A DNA stretch of 64,000 nucleotides from Patescibacteria group bacterium (GTDB taxonomy: Bacteria; Patescibacteriota; Patescibacteriia; PEXW01), in assembly GCA_041665345.1 (NCBI GenBank), contig JBAYJA010000001.1, positions 201,206 through 265,205 of the forward strand, written 5' to 3'. The position numbers were made by a program, and so were the translations under genes. Of the stretch, positions 8,797-17,394 are shown one piece after another. Position 1 is the stretch's first letter; each line of letters opens with the position of its first letter. A model generated the notes under the pieces. It saw only the letters and a program-made list of their open reading frames with translations. It was not told the origin of the DNA and searched no databases.

Positions 8797-8825
8797 TTGA
8801 CAAAACGCCCTTTTCCCCCTATACT
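8797..8825 (+). promoter_or_regulatory. consensus sigma70 promoter (TTGACA, 17 nt spacer, TATACT) for the small ORF at 8863
   Basis: Seen in sequence at 8797-8802 and 8820-8825. Confidence 0.55.
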
Positions 8826-8862
8826 CGGCAGTTAGAAAATCCTTTTTACCAAGGAGGGTTCC

Positions 8863-9147
8863 TTGCAAAAACAACCGTTATTCTGCTTAGTTTCGAACGG
8901 GACTGGAAGCATAATTGCGATTACCCGGGCGTATTCTGAGAAGCAAGCATTGTACGCCTTGAAACGTCGAGGGGTGCATGTGGACGAGTTGTCCATGGAC
9001 ATTTTTCCGGCAAACAAGGTGAGTGCGGAGAAGCTATTTGCTTTTCGTCGAAAGCAGCATCGTCAAATTGTTCGGGAGCATACAAAGCCTCCAACTGCTA
9101 CGAAAAAGAAAATGCTCGGGCGCCAGCTGTCCCTTCTGGAAAACTAA
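8863..9147 (+). CDS. hypothetical small basic protein (94 aa, TTG start)
   Basis: An AAGGAGGG Shine-Dalgarno precedes the TTG start. It has its own consensus promoter and a bidirectional terminator hairpin at 9166-9188 shared with mfd. Confidence 0.45.
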   Translation: MQKQPLFCLVSNGTGSIIAITRAYSEKQALYALKRRGVHVDELSMDIFPANKVSAEKLFAFRRKQHRQIVREHTKPPTATKKKMLGRQLSLLEN

Positions 9148-9189
9148 CGCCGTCCATTCCAAAAACTCACCATCTGCGGTGAGTTTTTG

Positions 9190-12100
9190 CTATTCCTTCT
9201 TTTTCTTCTTCGGCTCTTCCGGTGACTTCTCCTCAGCTTTCTTTTCGTCTTTGGTAAACACTTGGATAATCCGCTTGAGCGTTTCCAGCCAGTCTTTGCC
9301 CAGGTGTGGTTTATCAATTTTCACCTGATCCGCTGCCAGCTGCCAGCCCTCGGCAATGCTGAAGAGTGCAGGGAGAAACTTTGGGTCAATGGGCCGGAGG
9401 AAGCGGACAATCAAACGCTCGTTGGGCCCCAGGCGTACCAGCTGAATGTTGGTAATGTCTGTGTGCTGGGAGAGGAGTTTGAGTTCCAGGAGTTTGAAGA
9501 GGTCTTCCAAGCTCTGCGGGGCAGCACGTTCGCGCAGGAGCTGACCGTGGTAGCCCCAGAGTTCACCCACAGTGGTAATGTTTGCCAGATCCTGGTACAT
9601 GCGCAGGCGGTTGCGCTCATCGGGTTCAAAGTCACGGGGGATGCCCACGGAGAGTGGCAGGTCAATGGTCACGTCATGCACGCGGGGGAGCGCAGCGCCA
9701 GATTTGAGTTCGGAAATTTCTTGGGCCAGCAAGCGGGAGTACAGCCCCAAGCCCAAGGCCGCAATGTGGCCGTGCTGCTGGCTGCCCAGAATGTTGCCTG
9801 TGCCGCGGATTTCCAAATCCCGTAAGGCAATTTGCATACCGGAGCCCAAAGCCTTGGCTTCTTCCAAACCCACCAGGCGCTGCTTCGCATCGGCCGTCAA
9901 TTTCTGGCTGTGGTAGAGGAAGTACGCATGTGCTTGTCGGTCACCGCGGCCAATGCGGCCACGGAGCTGGTAGAGCTGCGCCAAGCCAAACTTCGGTGCT
10001 TGGTCCACCACCAGGGTGTTCACGTTGGGTAAGTCCAATCCGTTTTCAATAATCGTGGAGCATACTAAAAGATCCACTTTCTGCTGGTCAAAGTCGTGCA
10101 TGACTTTTGCCAGTCCTTCTTCGGGCAGCTGCCCGTGCGCCACGGCAATGCGAATTTTGGGGAAGAGCTCTTTGAGTTCCGTCGCTTTTTCATGGATGGT
10201 TTCCACGTTGTTGTACAGGTAGTAGGCTTGGCCTTTGCGCGCAAACTCTCGGTCAAACGCCTCGCGGATAATCGTCTCGGAGAAGGGGGCGATGGTGGTT
10301 TCCACGGGCATGCGACCTTCGGGCGGGGTTTCAATCATGCTTACGTCACGCAGGTTGGACAGGACGAAGTTGAGCGTGCGGGGGATGGGCGTGGCGGACA
10401 TGGTGAGGACGTGCGCTTGGAGGCGGAACTGCTTCAGGCGTTCCTTCTGCTCCACGCCAAAGCGTTGCTCTTCATCAATAATAATCAACCCCAGATTGCG
10501 GAAGGTGACGTCGCGCGAAAGCAGGCGGTGTGTGCCAATGACAATGTCCACGTCGCCGCGGTTCACGGCGTCAATCGTTTCCGCCTGCTCTTTGGAACTT
10601 TCGAACCGGGAGAGTAAGCCAAGCTTGGCTTTCATGCCTTGGAGGCGTTTGGTGAACGTGTCGAAGTGCTGCTGCACCAGGATAGTGGTGGGCGCCAGCA
10701 CGGCAACTTGGTAGCCGTTCGCCACCGCCTTGTACGCCGCGCGGATCGCCACTTCGGTTTTCCCAAAGCCCACGTCGCCGCAGACCAGGCGGTCCATGGG
10801 CCGGTCAGTCTGCAAATCTGTAAACACTTCGGCAATGGCTCGGGACTGGTCTGGCGTTTCCTGGTAGGGGAAGGCGGCAGCCAGGGCGTGCTCCTCCTTA
10901 CTCATGCTACCCATGGGCTTCACGCGCACCAGCTCTCGCGCGGCGTAGAGCTTCACCAAGCCTTTGGCCAAGGCGCGGGTATCTTCCCGCACCTTGCGCG
11001 TCACCTGGTACCAGTTGGAACCAGACAGCCGGTGCAGTGGGGGATGCGCCACCCCAATGTACTTGGAGAGTTTCTCGGCCAGTTCCACGGGCACGGACAA
11101 GCGGTCTTTCTCTGCGTACTCCAGCACGAAGTACTCCTTGGCCACGCCGTTCACCACATCCGTGCGCATCCCGCGGAAAATCCCAATGCCGTGGTCCATG
11201 TGCACGGCGTAGTCACCCGGGGTCAGTTCAGCCAGGAACGAGGTATCAATGCCTCGGGTACGGACGGCGGGGGCCTCACGCGGAAAAATTTCTCGGTCGG
11301 TGAGGACGGTGAGCTTCGCTGCCTTGGAGCTGAAGCCTGCCACCGGGGTATTGGGCGCAATGTCCCAGCATTCGGGTAAGGGGAGCTCGTGCTCTTTGAA
11401 CAGCTCCGTGAGTTGTTTCTTCCGCGCTGTGAGAATGAGCGTGCGGTGGGGAGCCTTCCAGGTTTTCGCATCCGCCATCATGCGGGCATACTGGCCGGCG
11501 TACAGCGGGGCAGGTCGGGCATCCATCACCACATCTGCGTCCGTACCGCCAAAGGTCCGGACACTCAGGGTTGGTAAACGTCGAAGCGTGGCCAGTGCGG
11601 TGTCACGGTCAGAGCTGCCAGGGTCATCAGCATCTGTCACCACCACCAGAATGTCCGACGGGTTGGTGTGCAAGTAGTCGCGCAAGGTTGTATCTGGATC
11701 GCGGGCGGGCATGCGGGCGGGTGGTACCTGCGCACTGGCAATGGCTTTTGCGGTTTTGTTTGCATGGTCTACACCGTGCAAGCTCAGGAGTTCCCGGTCG
11801 CTGCATTCCAAGCGGAGTGGGCCAGTGCCGCCGACGGGGTAAATATCCACAATACCGCCCCGGCGCGCGAACTCACCAGGTCCGCCCACCATGGACTCGG
11901 CCATGTACCCGTGTGCCACAAAGTGCCGCGAGAGGTCCGTGGGGGTGGTGGCAATTCCGGGCCGAAGGGTGAGAATGCCGTTGCGGAAATTCTTTGGTGT
12001 GGGGAGGGGCGTGAGCAGAGCCCGGGGCGGAAGCACCAGTATCAGGGGTTGGTTGGTAACCAGGGCAGCGAGGGCAGGTGGGGTGAGTTCTGCGTACAGA

Positions 12101-12339
12101 CTCCGGTCATGCGTCAGTCGCAGCGCGTGCAGGGCAGCAATGACGCGACGCTGGTGATCTTCATCATCCACCAGCCAAAGAAGGACGCGGTGGGGGACCA
12201 GGTGCAGGGCATCAGCCACCACAGCCACTTGCGCAGCAATTTCCGGCACGCCGGTAATCTGGACACGAGGAACTCCCTGCAGCTGCTTGCGGGCTGTAGG
12301 GGGAAGCGGAAGGCGAAGTGGCGCCAGAGTTTCGGGCAT
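9190..12339 (-). CDS. mfd: transcription-repair coupling factor Mfd
   Basis: 1049 aa with superfamily-2 helicase motifs (GDVGFGKTEVA, DEEQRFG) and a C-terminal TRCF domain. Confidence 0.85.
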   Translation of the reverse strand: MPETLAPLRLPLPPTARKQLQGVPRVQITGVPEIAAQVAVVADALHLVPHRVLLWLVDDEDHQRRVIAALHALRLTHDRSLYAELTPPALAALVTNQPLILVLPPRALLTPLPTPKNFRNGILTLRPGIATTPTDLSRHFVAHGYMAESMVGGPGEFARRGGIVDIYPVGGTGPLRLECSDRELLSLHGVDHANKTAKAIASAQVPPARMPARDPDTTLRDYLHTNPSDILVVVTDADDPGSSDRDTALATLRRLPTLSVRTFGGTDADVVMDARPAPLYAGQYARMMADAKTWKAPHRTLILTARKKQLTELFKEHELPLPECWDIAPNTPVAGFSSKAAKLTVLTDREIFPREAPAVRTRGIDTSFLAELTPGDYAVHMDHGIGIFRGMRTDVVNGVAKEYFVLEYAEKDRLSVPVELAEKLSKYIGVAHPPLHRLSGSNWYQVTRKVREDTRALAKGLVKLYAARELVRVKPMGSMSKEEHALAAAFPYQETPDQSRAIAEVFTDLQTDRPMDRLVCGDVGFGKTEVAIRAAYKAVANGYQVAVLAPTTILVQQHFDTFTKRLQGMKAKLGLLSRFESSKEQAETIDAVNRGDVDIVIGTHRLLSRDVTFRNLGLIIIDEEQRFGVEQKERLKQFRLQAHVLTMSATPIPRTLNFVLSNLRDVSMIETPPEGRMPVETTIAPFSETIIREAFDREFARKGQAYYLYNNVETIHEKATELKELFPKIRIAVAHGQLPEEGLAKVMHDFDQQKVDLLVCSTIIENGLDLPNVNTLVVDQAPKFGLAQLYQLRGRIGRGDRQAHAYFLYHSQKLTADAKQRLVGLEEAKALGSGMQIALRDLEIRGTGNILGSQQHGHIAALGLGLYSRLLAQEISELKSGAALPRVHDVTIDLPLSVGIPRDFEPDERNRLRMYQDLANITTVGELWGYHGQLLRERAAPQSLEDLFKLLELKLLSQHTDITNIQLVRLGPNERLIVRFLRPIDPKFLPALFSIAEGWQLAADQVKIDKPHLGKDWLETLKRIIQVFTKDEKKAEEKSPEEPKKKKKE

Positions 12340-12406
12340 GCCAGAAAACGTTGCGAGACGCTCGTCCGGATAGACGCGCTAAGAAAAAAATTCAGTACTG
12401 TGGGGC

Positions 12407-12435
12407 TTGACAGAACGACTGACTGATGCTAGGTT
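12407..12435 (+). promoter_or_regulatory. consensus sigma70 promoter (TTGACA, 17 nt spacer, TAGGTT) pointing away from the flanking minus-strand genes
   Basis: The -35 box is at 12407-12412 and the -10 box at 12430-12435. Confidence 0.5.
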
Positions 12436-12441
12436 AGTTGA

Positions 12442-12668
12442 CTATCGCTGTGTATTGCCATCCTACGTCCACGTCGTGATCATGGGGTGACCCCTCCTAG
12501 AACCTCGTGGTGACTGTGAAGGATTGAACGGTTTACCGGCCAACTCTTCCTCGTGGGCGTAGGGTGCAAGTACAGAGCGAGCACCGTGAACACCGAAAGG
12601 GAAGCGCCGAAGGGCGCGTCGTGTCAAAAGCGTAGCATAGGCCAGCCCACGTGTCTACGCGGTTTTTG
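12442..12668 (+). ncRNA. ffs: candidate signal recognition particle RNA (ffs, long form) of about 225 nt
   Basis: This is an ORF-free transcription unit between pth and mfd. The segment 12591-12616, caccGAAAGGGAAGCGCCGAAGGGCG, aligns well with E. coli 4.5S RNA helix 8 (guccGGAAGGAAGCAGCCAAGGCAG). It ends in a bidirectional hairpin followed by TTTTT at 12631-12667. Confidence 0.45.
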
Positions 12669-13293
12669 CGTTGATGGTGGTTGCCGCGCGTTCGGGCCCT
12701 TGGCTGAGAATCAGGGTGATGGCTTCCACAATTTTTGGCAGGAAGGCTGACTGGAGTTCGGCTTTTTGGTTAGCATCAAAATCATCCAGCACGTAGTCAG
12801 CACCGGTGTACTTGGCCATAGCCCATTCTCGTGAGTCCACCCGGCCGTCAGCATTGGTGTCCATCTGCTGTGCTCGGCCAATACCACACCGCACACGCCA
12901 GAAATTTTTGGTGTGCAGGGTTTCAATAATGGAGTCCACGCCGTTGTGCCCGGCAGCGGACGCGTTGCGTTGCAAGCGGATGGTGCCAAAGGGGAGGTCC
13001 AAATCATCATGCACCACCCACAGGTTATCTGGTGCAATGTGGTAGAAGCCGGTGAAGGCCTGCACGGACCGGCCGGAATCATTCATGTAGGTCGTGGGTT
13101 TCAGCAACCAGACGGTTTGCTGTGCGTCATTCTTGCTGGTGCTCTGCCCGTGAAACTGCTCTTGGTTCTGGAAAGCAGGCAGGTGCCAAGCCGTTGCCAG
13201 TGCATCCAGTACCATGAAGCCCAGGTTGTGCCGGGTGTTGGTGTGCTTGGCTTCTGGGTTACCAAGCCCCACAAAGCAAAAGGGTTTGCTCAT
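12655..13293 (-). CDS. pth: peptidyl-tRNA hydrolase
   Basis: MSKPFCFVGLGNP...HNG motifs. The ATG at 13293 overlaps the der stop (ATGA). The track ORF is extended upstream, but the true start is the internal Met. Confidence 0.85.
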   Translation of the reverse strand: MSKPFCFVGLGNPEAKHTNTRHNLGFMVLDALATAWHLPAFQNQEQFHGQSTSKNDAQQTVWLLKPTTYMNDSGRSVQAFTGFYHIAPDNLWVVHDDLDLPFGTIRLQRNASAAGHNGVDSIIETLHTKNFWRVRCGIGRAQQMDTNADGRVDSREWAMAKYTGADYVLDDFDANQKAELQSAFLPKIVEAITLILSQGPERAATTINAKTA

Positions 13294-14639
13294 ACGCGTT
13301 TTGCATAAGGTTGTTGAAGGATAACTCGGATGGGTGTGCCGGGTAAGGGGAAGCTGAGGCGAATTTTCTTTTCCACGCTGCGGCGGTATGCATCGGGCAA
13401 AGCTTCGCGCTTCGTCGTGGTCAGGTGGAAGGTGGGGGGTGCCACACTCACCTGAATGAGTTTCGAAAGGATGGGCCGCTTCTTGCCCTTGCCTGCGCTG
13501 GGCCGAAGCTCGCGCTTCACGGTCCACAGAATGTGCTTCAGGGCTTCGGGTTCCACCCACTGCTGCCGGTTGTCATAGGCGGCAAAAGCCAGAGAGAGGA
13601 CGCGGTGGAGGTTGTGGGGTTTGGTGGCAGACGTGCAGACCATGGGCGCCCAGCGAATGTACGGTAAATCACCCTGCACCACGCGTTCCAGCGCCACGGT
13701 CGAACGCGGGTCTTTGTACTTCGTTCGGTCCCACTGGTTGGCAATGAGAATCAGACCCTTGCCCTTCTTGGCTACTTCGCCAGCCAGGGTTTTCTCCACC
13801 AGTCCCAGGGGTTCATTCGCGTCCCACATGAGTAAGGCGACGTCTGCATTTTCCAAGGCCTCGTAGGTTGCCTTCAAGCTCATAGCTTCAATGCGGTTGG
13901 CGGTTTTCCCATGCGCGCGCACCCCGGCAGTATCAATGACCGTGCAAGTGCGCTGCTGCACGTTCAGCTGGAACGCTGCGGCATCGCGGGTGGTGTGCGG
14001 TGAATCAGCGACCACGCGCACTTCGTCTCGCAGCAAGGCATTCACCAGCGAGGACTTACCCACATTCGTCCGGCCAATGAAAACGAAGGTCGGGTTGGTA
14101 CCCGGTTTTGCTATTGCCTGGGGCTCCCGAGGTCGGATGGCTTGAGCAACTGCATCCAGCAAATCACCAGAACCCCCACCATTTTTGGCCGACACTGGGA
14201 TGACGGGTACCCCGCCAAAGGCAAACTTGGCCACCAGCGCATCAGCAGTCTGGCGGGCGGTGGGCTTGTCCACTTTGTTCACCGCGATGATCACCGGCAG
14301 CTTCTTCTTCAAAACGGTTTTCAGGAACGTGCGTTCCTCTGTGCGCAAACCTTGCTGGGCTTCCACTACCAAGATCACCGCAGTCGTCCCTTCCAGTGCG
14401 CGATCCACCTGCCGCAAGATTCCCGCACCAACCATGTCTGGCTTGCCAACGTCAAAGCCGCCGCTGTCGGTCAGCAAGAAGTGGGTGTGCTCCCAGGCAA
14501 TCACTTCTTCTTGTAAATCGCGCGTGGTGTGCGGGGAGGGATCGGCAATGGCTAAACGGCGCCGGGTGAGCCGATTGAAGAGCGTGGATTTCCCGACATT
14601 CGTCCGACCCAGGAGCAGGACGCGTGGGGGGGTTGGCAT
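13290..14639 (-). CDS. der: ribosome-associated GTPase Der/EngA
   Basis: Two tandem GTPase domains (GRTNVGKSTL and GRTNVGKSSL) and a C-terminal KH-like domain. Confidence 0.9.
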   Translation of the reverse strand: MPTPPRVLLLGRTNVGKSTLFNRLTRRRLAIADPSPHTTRDLQEEVIAWEHTHFLLTDSGGFDVGKPDMVGAGILRQVDRALEGTTAVILVVEAQQGLRTEERTFLKTVLKKKLPVIIAVNKVDKPTARQTADALVAKFAFGGVPVIPVSAKNGGGSGDLLDAVAQAIRPREPQAIAKPGTNPTFVFIGRTNVGKSSLVNALLRDEVRVVADSPHTTRDAAAFQLNVQQRTCTVIDTAGVRAHGKTANRIEAMSLKATYEALENADVALLMWDANEPLGLVEKTLAGEVAKKGKGLILIANQWDRTKYKDPRSTVALERVVQGDLPYIRWAPMVCTSATKPHNLHRVLSLAFAAYDNRQQWVEPEALKHILWTVKRELRPSAGKGKKRPILSKLIQVSVAPPTFHLTTTKREALPDAYRRSVEKKIRLSFPLPGTPIRVILQQPYAKRV

Positions 14640-14647
14640 ACAGGCAG

Positions 14648-16192
14648 CTAGGTTGCGGAGGCGCGGGGCAGGGTCCGAGCAGCCGGAGAGAGAGTATTGT
14701 TGACGATCGTAATGGCACTTTGGCCAAGCACCACCAGCACCTCAGCTGGGCGCTGGGTGGCGGTGTTGCGGTTCAGCAGCGTTCCGGTTTGGAGCGTGAG
14801 ATCCCCAGGCAGGGTTGTGGTAACGCTCGCACCAAACTTCTCTTTAAGCATGGCCACGGTTTGACTCGCGCGTCCGTTGGAGAGGTCCACAATCACCGAC
14901 TGCTCGTACCGGAGGTCTTTGGGATTGGCAACTGACTCAACGTCAAAAGAGTAGGAGCGTAAGCTACGGCCCGCAATTTCAGCAATGCCGGTTTGGCCCG
15001 TGCCGTTCTGCAGCTGCACTGGAACATTTTCCTTTGCAATCGCATTGTAGGTGAAGATGTTCGTGAAGAGTTCGTGAATCTCTTGGTAGTTTCCAATGCC
15101 CAGCCGGGGCTGAATGATGTACGCCCCGTCTGTGCCGCTACTCGACTTCACCAGGCTATCAGCCTCCGTGGCATCCAGGACGCGCGTAGCAACTGCGCTG
15201 GCATTAAGGTTTTTCAGGATGCTGGCCATGCGCATGACCTCCCAGAGCTCCATGGAGCTGCCAACGTGGTTTCCTAAGGTACTTAAGAGATCAGAGATGC
15301 GGCCGGGGTTGGTGAGCGTTCCCAGTGAGAGCGCTTTTTCCCGGAAGGCGAAGAGGAGTTTCTGCTGGCGCAGGGAACGGGCAAAGTCGCTGCCTTCACC
15401 GTTCGACCCCTTGCGCGACCGGGCAAACTGCAAAGCTTTTTCCCCGGCCATTTTTTGCTCCCCAGCTTCAAACTGTATTGTTTGGTAGCCGTAATTATAG
15501 GTGGGGTAGGAGCTGTCCACAAATGGTGTATCCACGGTAATGGTAACGCCGCCCACATCATCCACCGCTTTCTTAAAACCCGTAAAGTCTACTCGGGCAA
15601 AGTAGTGAATGGGTTGGCCAATCACTTCGGACACGACACTGGAAATCAGCGCATCGCCTCCGTTTGGGTTTGCTTTGGTGCGGCCAAACGCCAAAGCGTT
15701 GTTTATTTTTCGGTAGCCGTAGTCTGGTAGGTTCGCAATGAAATCGCGGGGGATGGAGAGCGTCGCCACCTCACCTGTTTTTTGCTGCAGACTTGCCACG
15801 ATGATGGTGTCGGCTAACCACGGACCTTCGTGACCATCACCACCGTGCCCAACCAGAAGAATGTTGGTTCGACCTTGGTCGTCTGCTTTCAGTTCACGAT
15901 CCCCAGGCACAATGAGCCGGCCCAGTTGCTGCAGGGTCGAGCTGTTATCGTTCCCATGGAAAATGCGGGTTCCCGTGCTCACCATTTTCCAGCCAATGGC
16001 CATGATCATGAGCGCCACGGCAATGCCAGCACCTGCGGCAATGCGTCCCCAGTGGAAGTGCCAGGTGCGTTTGGTGGATTGTGACGTTGAAAGACCCGAC
16101 GCAAGGTCGGGAGCGATTGGGGCTACTGGTTTGGACTGCACACCAGGCAATGCTTCGGATTGCTCCGGGGTGCGTTTTTGCTTTCTTGGCAT
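14648..16192 (-). CDS. LytR-CpsA-Psr (LCP) family cell-envelope phosphotransferase with an extra C-terminal domain
   Basis: N-terminal TM helix and an LCP core (NILLVGHGGDG...TLSIPRDF...FARVDFTGFKKAVDDVGGVTI). The start could instead be the ATG at 16372. Confidence 0.75.
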   Translation of the reverse strand: MPRKQKRTPEQSEALPGVQSKPVAPIAPDLASGLSTSQSTKRTWHFHWGRIAAGAGIAVALMIMAIGWKMVSTGTRIFHGNDNSSTLQQLGRLIVPGDRELKADDQGRTNILLVGHGGDGHEGPWLADTIIVASLQQKTGEVATLSIPRDFIANLPDYGYRKINNALAFGRTKANPNGGDALISSVVSEVIGQPIHYFARVDFTGFKKAVDDVGGVTITVDTPFVDSSYPTYNYGYQTIQFEAGEQKMAGEKALQFARSRKGSNGEGSDFARSLRQQKLLFAFREKALSLGTLTNPGRISDLLSTLGNHVGSSMELWEVMRMASILKNLNASAVATRVLDATEADSLVKSSSGTDGAYIIQPRLGIGNYQEIHELFTNIFTYNAIAKENVPVQLQNGTGQTGIAEIAGRSLRSYSFDVESVANPKDLRYEQSVIVDLSNGRASQTVAMLKEKFGASVTTTLPGDLTLQTGTLLNRNTATQRPAEVLVVLGQSAITIVNNTLSPAARTLPRASAT

Positions 16193-16569
16193 ACGGAAAT
16201 ATATTTGCACTGTACCGATTTTTTTTGCATTCGTCAACGCAGGGGTGAAGGAAAAAACGAACCGTTCGACCCCCTTGCGGATAGCTGTAGATGTGCTACA
16301 ATTCCGCACATTCGCTAGGTTTTCTAAGGGTTTTTCCATTCGGCAGGCTTTGGTCGCTTCCTGTTGCTTCATACCTCGTTCACGTACGGGCGGGAAGCGA
16401 ACGGCTGTAACATCCCCGGTACTCAGTAGGGACTTTCTTCAGGGCGCGTAGTCCCGTCCCGATGCCAGAGCATCGTGGACGTGGATCCTCGATTGCCTGC
16501 CGCAGGCAATCGGGACTCAGGCTCTCTATCCTTCAGCTGGATCGTCGGGATTGGTTAGTACATTCTTCA

Positions 16570-16646
16570 GGGCGCGTAGCTCAGCTGGTTAGAGCGTACG
16601 GTTCACATCCGTAAGGTCAGAGGTTCAAATCCTCTCGCGCCCACCA
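16570..16646 (+). tRNA. tRNA-Val (anticodon CAC)
   Basis: gggcgcgtagctcagctggttagagcgtacggttCACatccgtaaggtcagaggttcaaatcctctcgcgcccacca is a canonical cloverleaf. Confidence 0.85.
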
Positions 16647-16736
16647 CTCGACTCATCCCGCTGTGCGGGATTCGCTCGTGGTCTGCGACCGCTTGGTTCA
16701 TAGAAACACGTTTCGTTCCATCACTCTTCGTCTGCT

Positions 16737-17351
16737 ATGCCCACAACGTCTCCAACAAAAAAGTCCGACCTCATGACCGGTTGGCAGTTACTGTTTGAAG
16801 TGGTGAAGGTCGTTGTCATATCACTCGCAATCATTATTCCAGTCCGAGCATTCTTGCTGCAACCTTTCTACGTGAAAGGTGCGTCCATGGAACCAAACTT
16901 TGAAGACCGTGAGTACCTGCTCATTGATGAAATTAGCTATCGCATCCGTGACCCCAAACGGGGTGAAGTGGTGGTGTTCCGCTACCCCAAAGACCCTAGC
17001 CAATTCTTCATTAAGCGGGTCATTGGTTTGCCCGGAGAGTCCATCCACGTGGCGGATGACCGCATTGTGGTCAATGGCCGCGTTTTGGATGAGTCGGCGT
17101 ACTTAGCCAGTGATGTGCTCACCAGCGGCACCGTGGATTTGACCCTTGGCCAAGATGAGTACATGGTTTTTGGTGATAATCGCATGGCCAGCCTTGATTC
17201 TCGAATATTCGGCGCTGTGCCGCGTTCGGACATTGTGGGGAAAGCGTGGATCCGCGCCTGGCCCTTCACCCGCATCTCGCATTTCAGTGCTCCAGTCTAC
17301 CTTACCCAAGATCCCGCCGCTTCACTCCTGCGCGCCTATGCTACCCCGTAA
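16737..17351 (+). CDS. lepB: signal peptidase I
   Basis: S26 catalytic Ser region (GASMEPNF), Lys region (RGEVVVFRYP), GDNR box. Confidence 0.85.
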   Translation: MPTTSPTKKSDLMTGWQLLFEVVKVVVISLAIIIPVRAFLLQPFYVKGASMEPNFEDREYLLIDEISYRIRDPKRGEVVVFRYPKDPSQFFIKRVIGLPGESIHVADDRIVVNGRVLDESAYLASDVLTSGTVDLTLGQDEYMVFGDNRMASLDSRIFGAVPRSDIVGKAWIRAWPFTRISHFSAPVYLTQDPAASLLRAYATP

Positions 17352-17394
17352 AGCCCCACCAGTTCCCGAACCCCCAACCCCCCGAAAGGGGAAA

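Noticed and set aside
10639-12426. Long antisense ORFs inside mfd (10639-11379, 11668-12426), topA (6768-7280), dprA (7530-8168), nrdJ (33412-34629, 34852-35853) and the giant gene
   Set aside because: These are typical spurious long ORFs on the opposite strand of GC-rich genes. The sense-strand genes have clear homology and the antisense products are low-complexity Gly/Arg/Ala-rich.
12655-13560. Full 301-aa track ORF for pth
   Set aside because: The N-terminal 89 codons overlap der in another frame. The conserved Pth N-terminus (MSKPFCFVGLGNP) starts at the internal Met, coupled to the der stop by ATGA.
17146-17394. Upstream extension of the hisS ORF overlapping lepB
   Set aside because: The 200-nt out-of-frame overlap is implausible. 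A GTG with a Shine-Dalgarno at 17395 gives a canonical-length HisRS.
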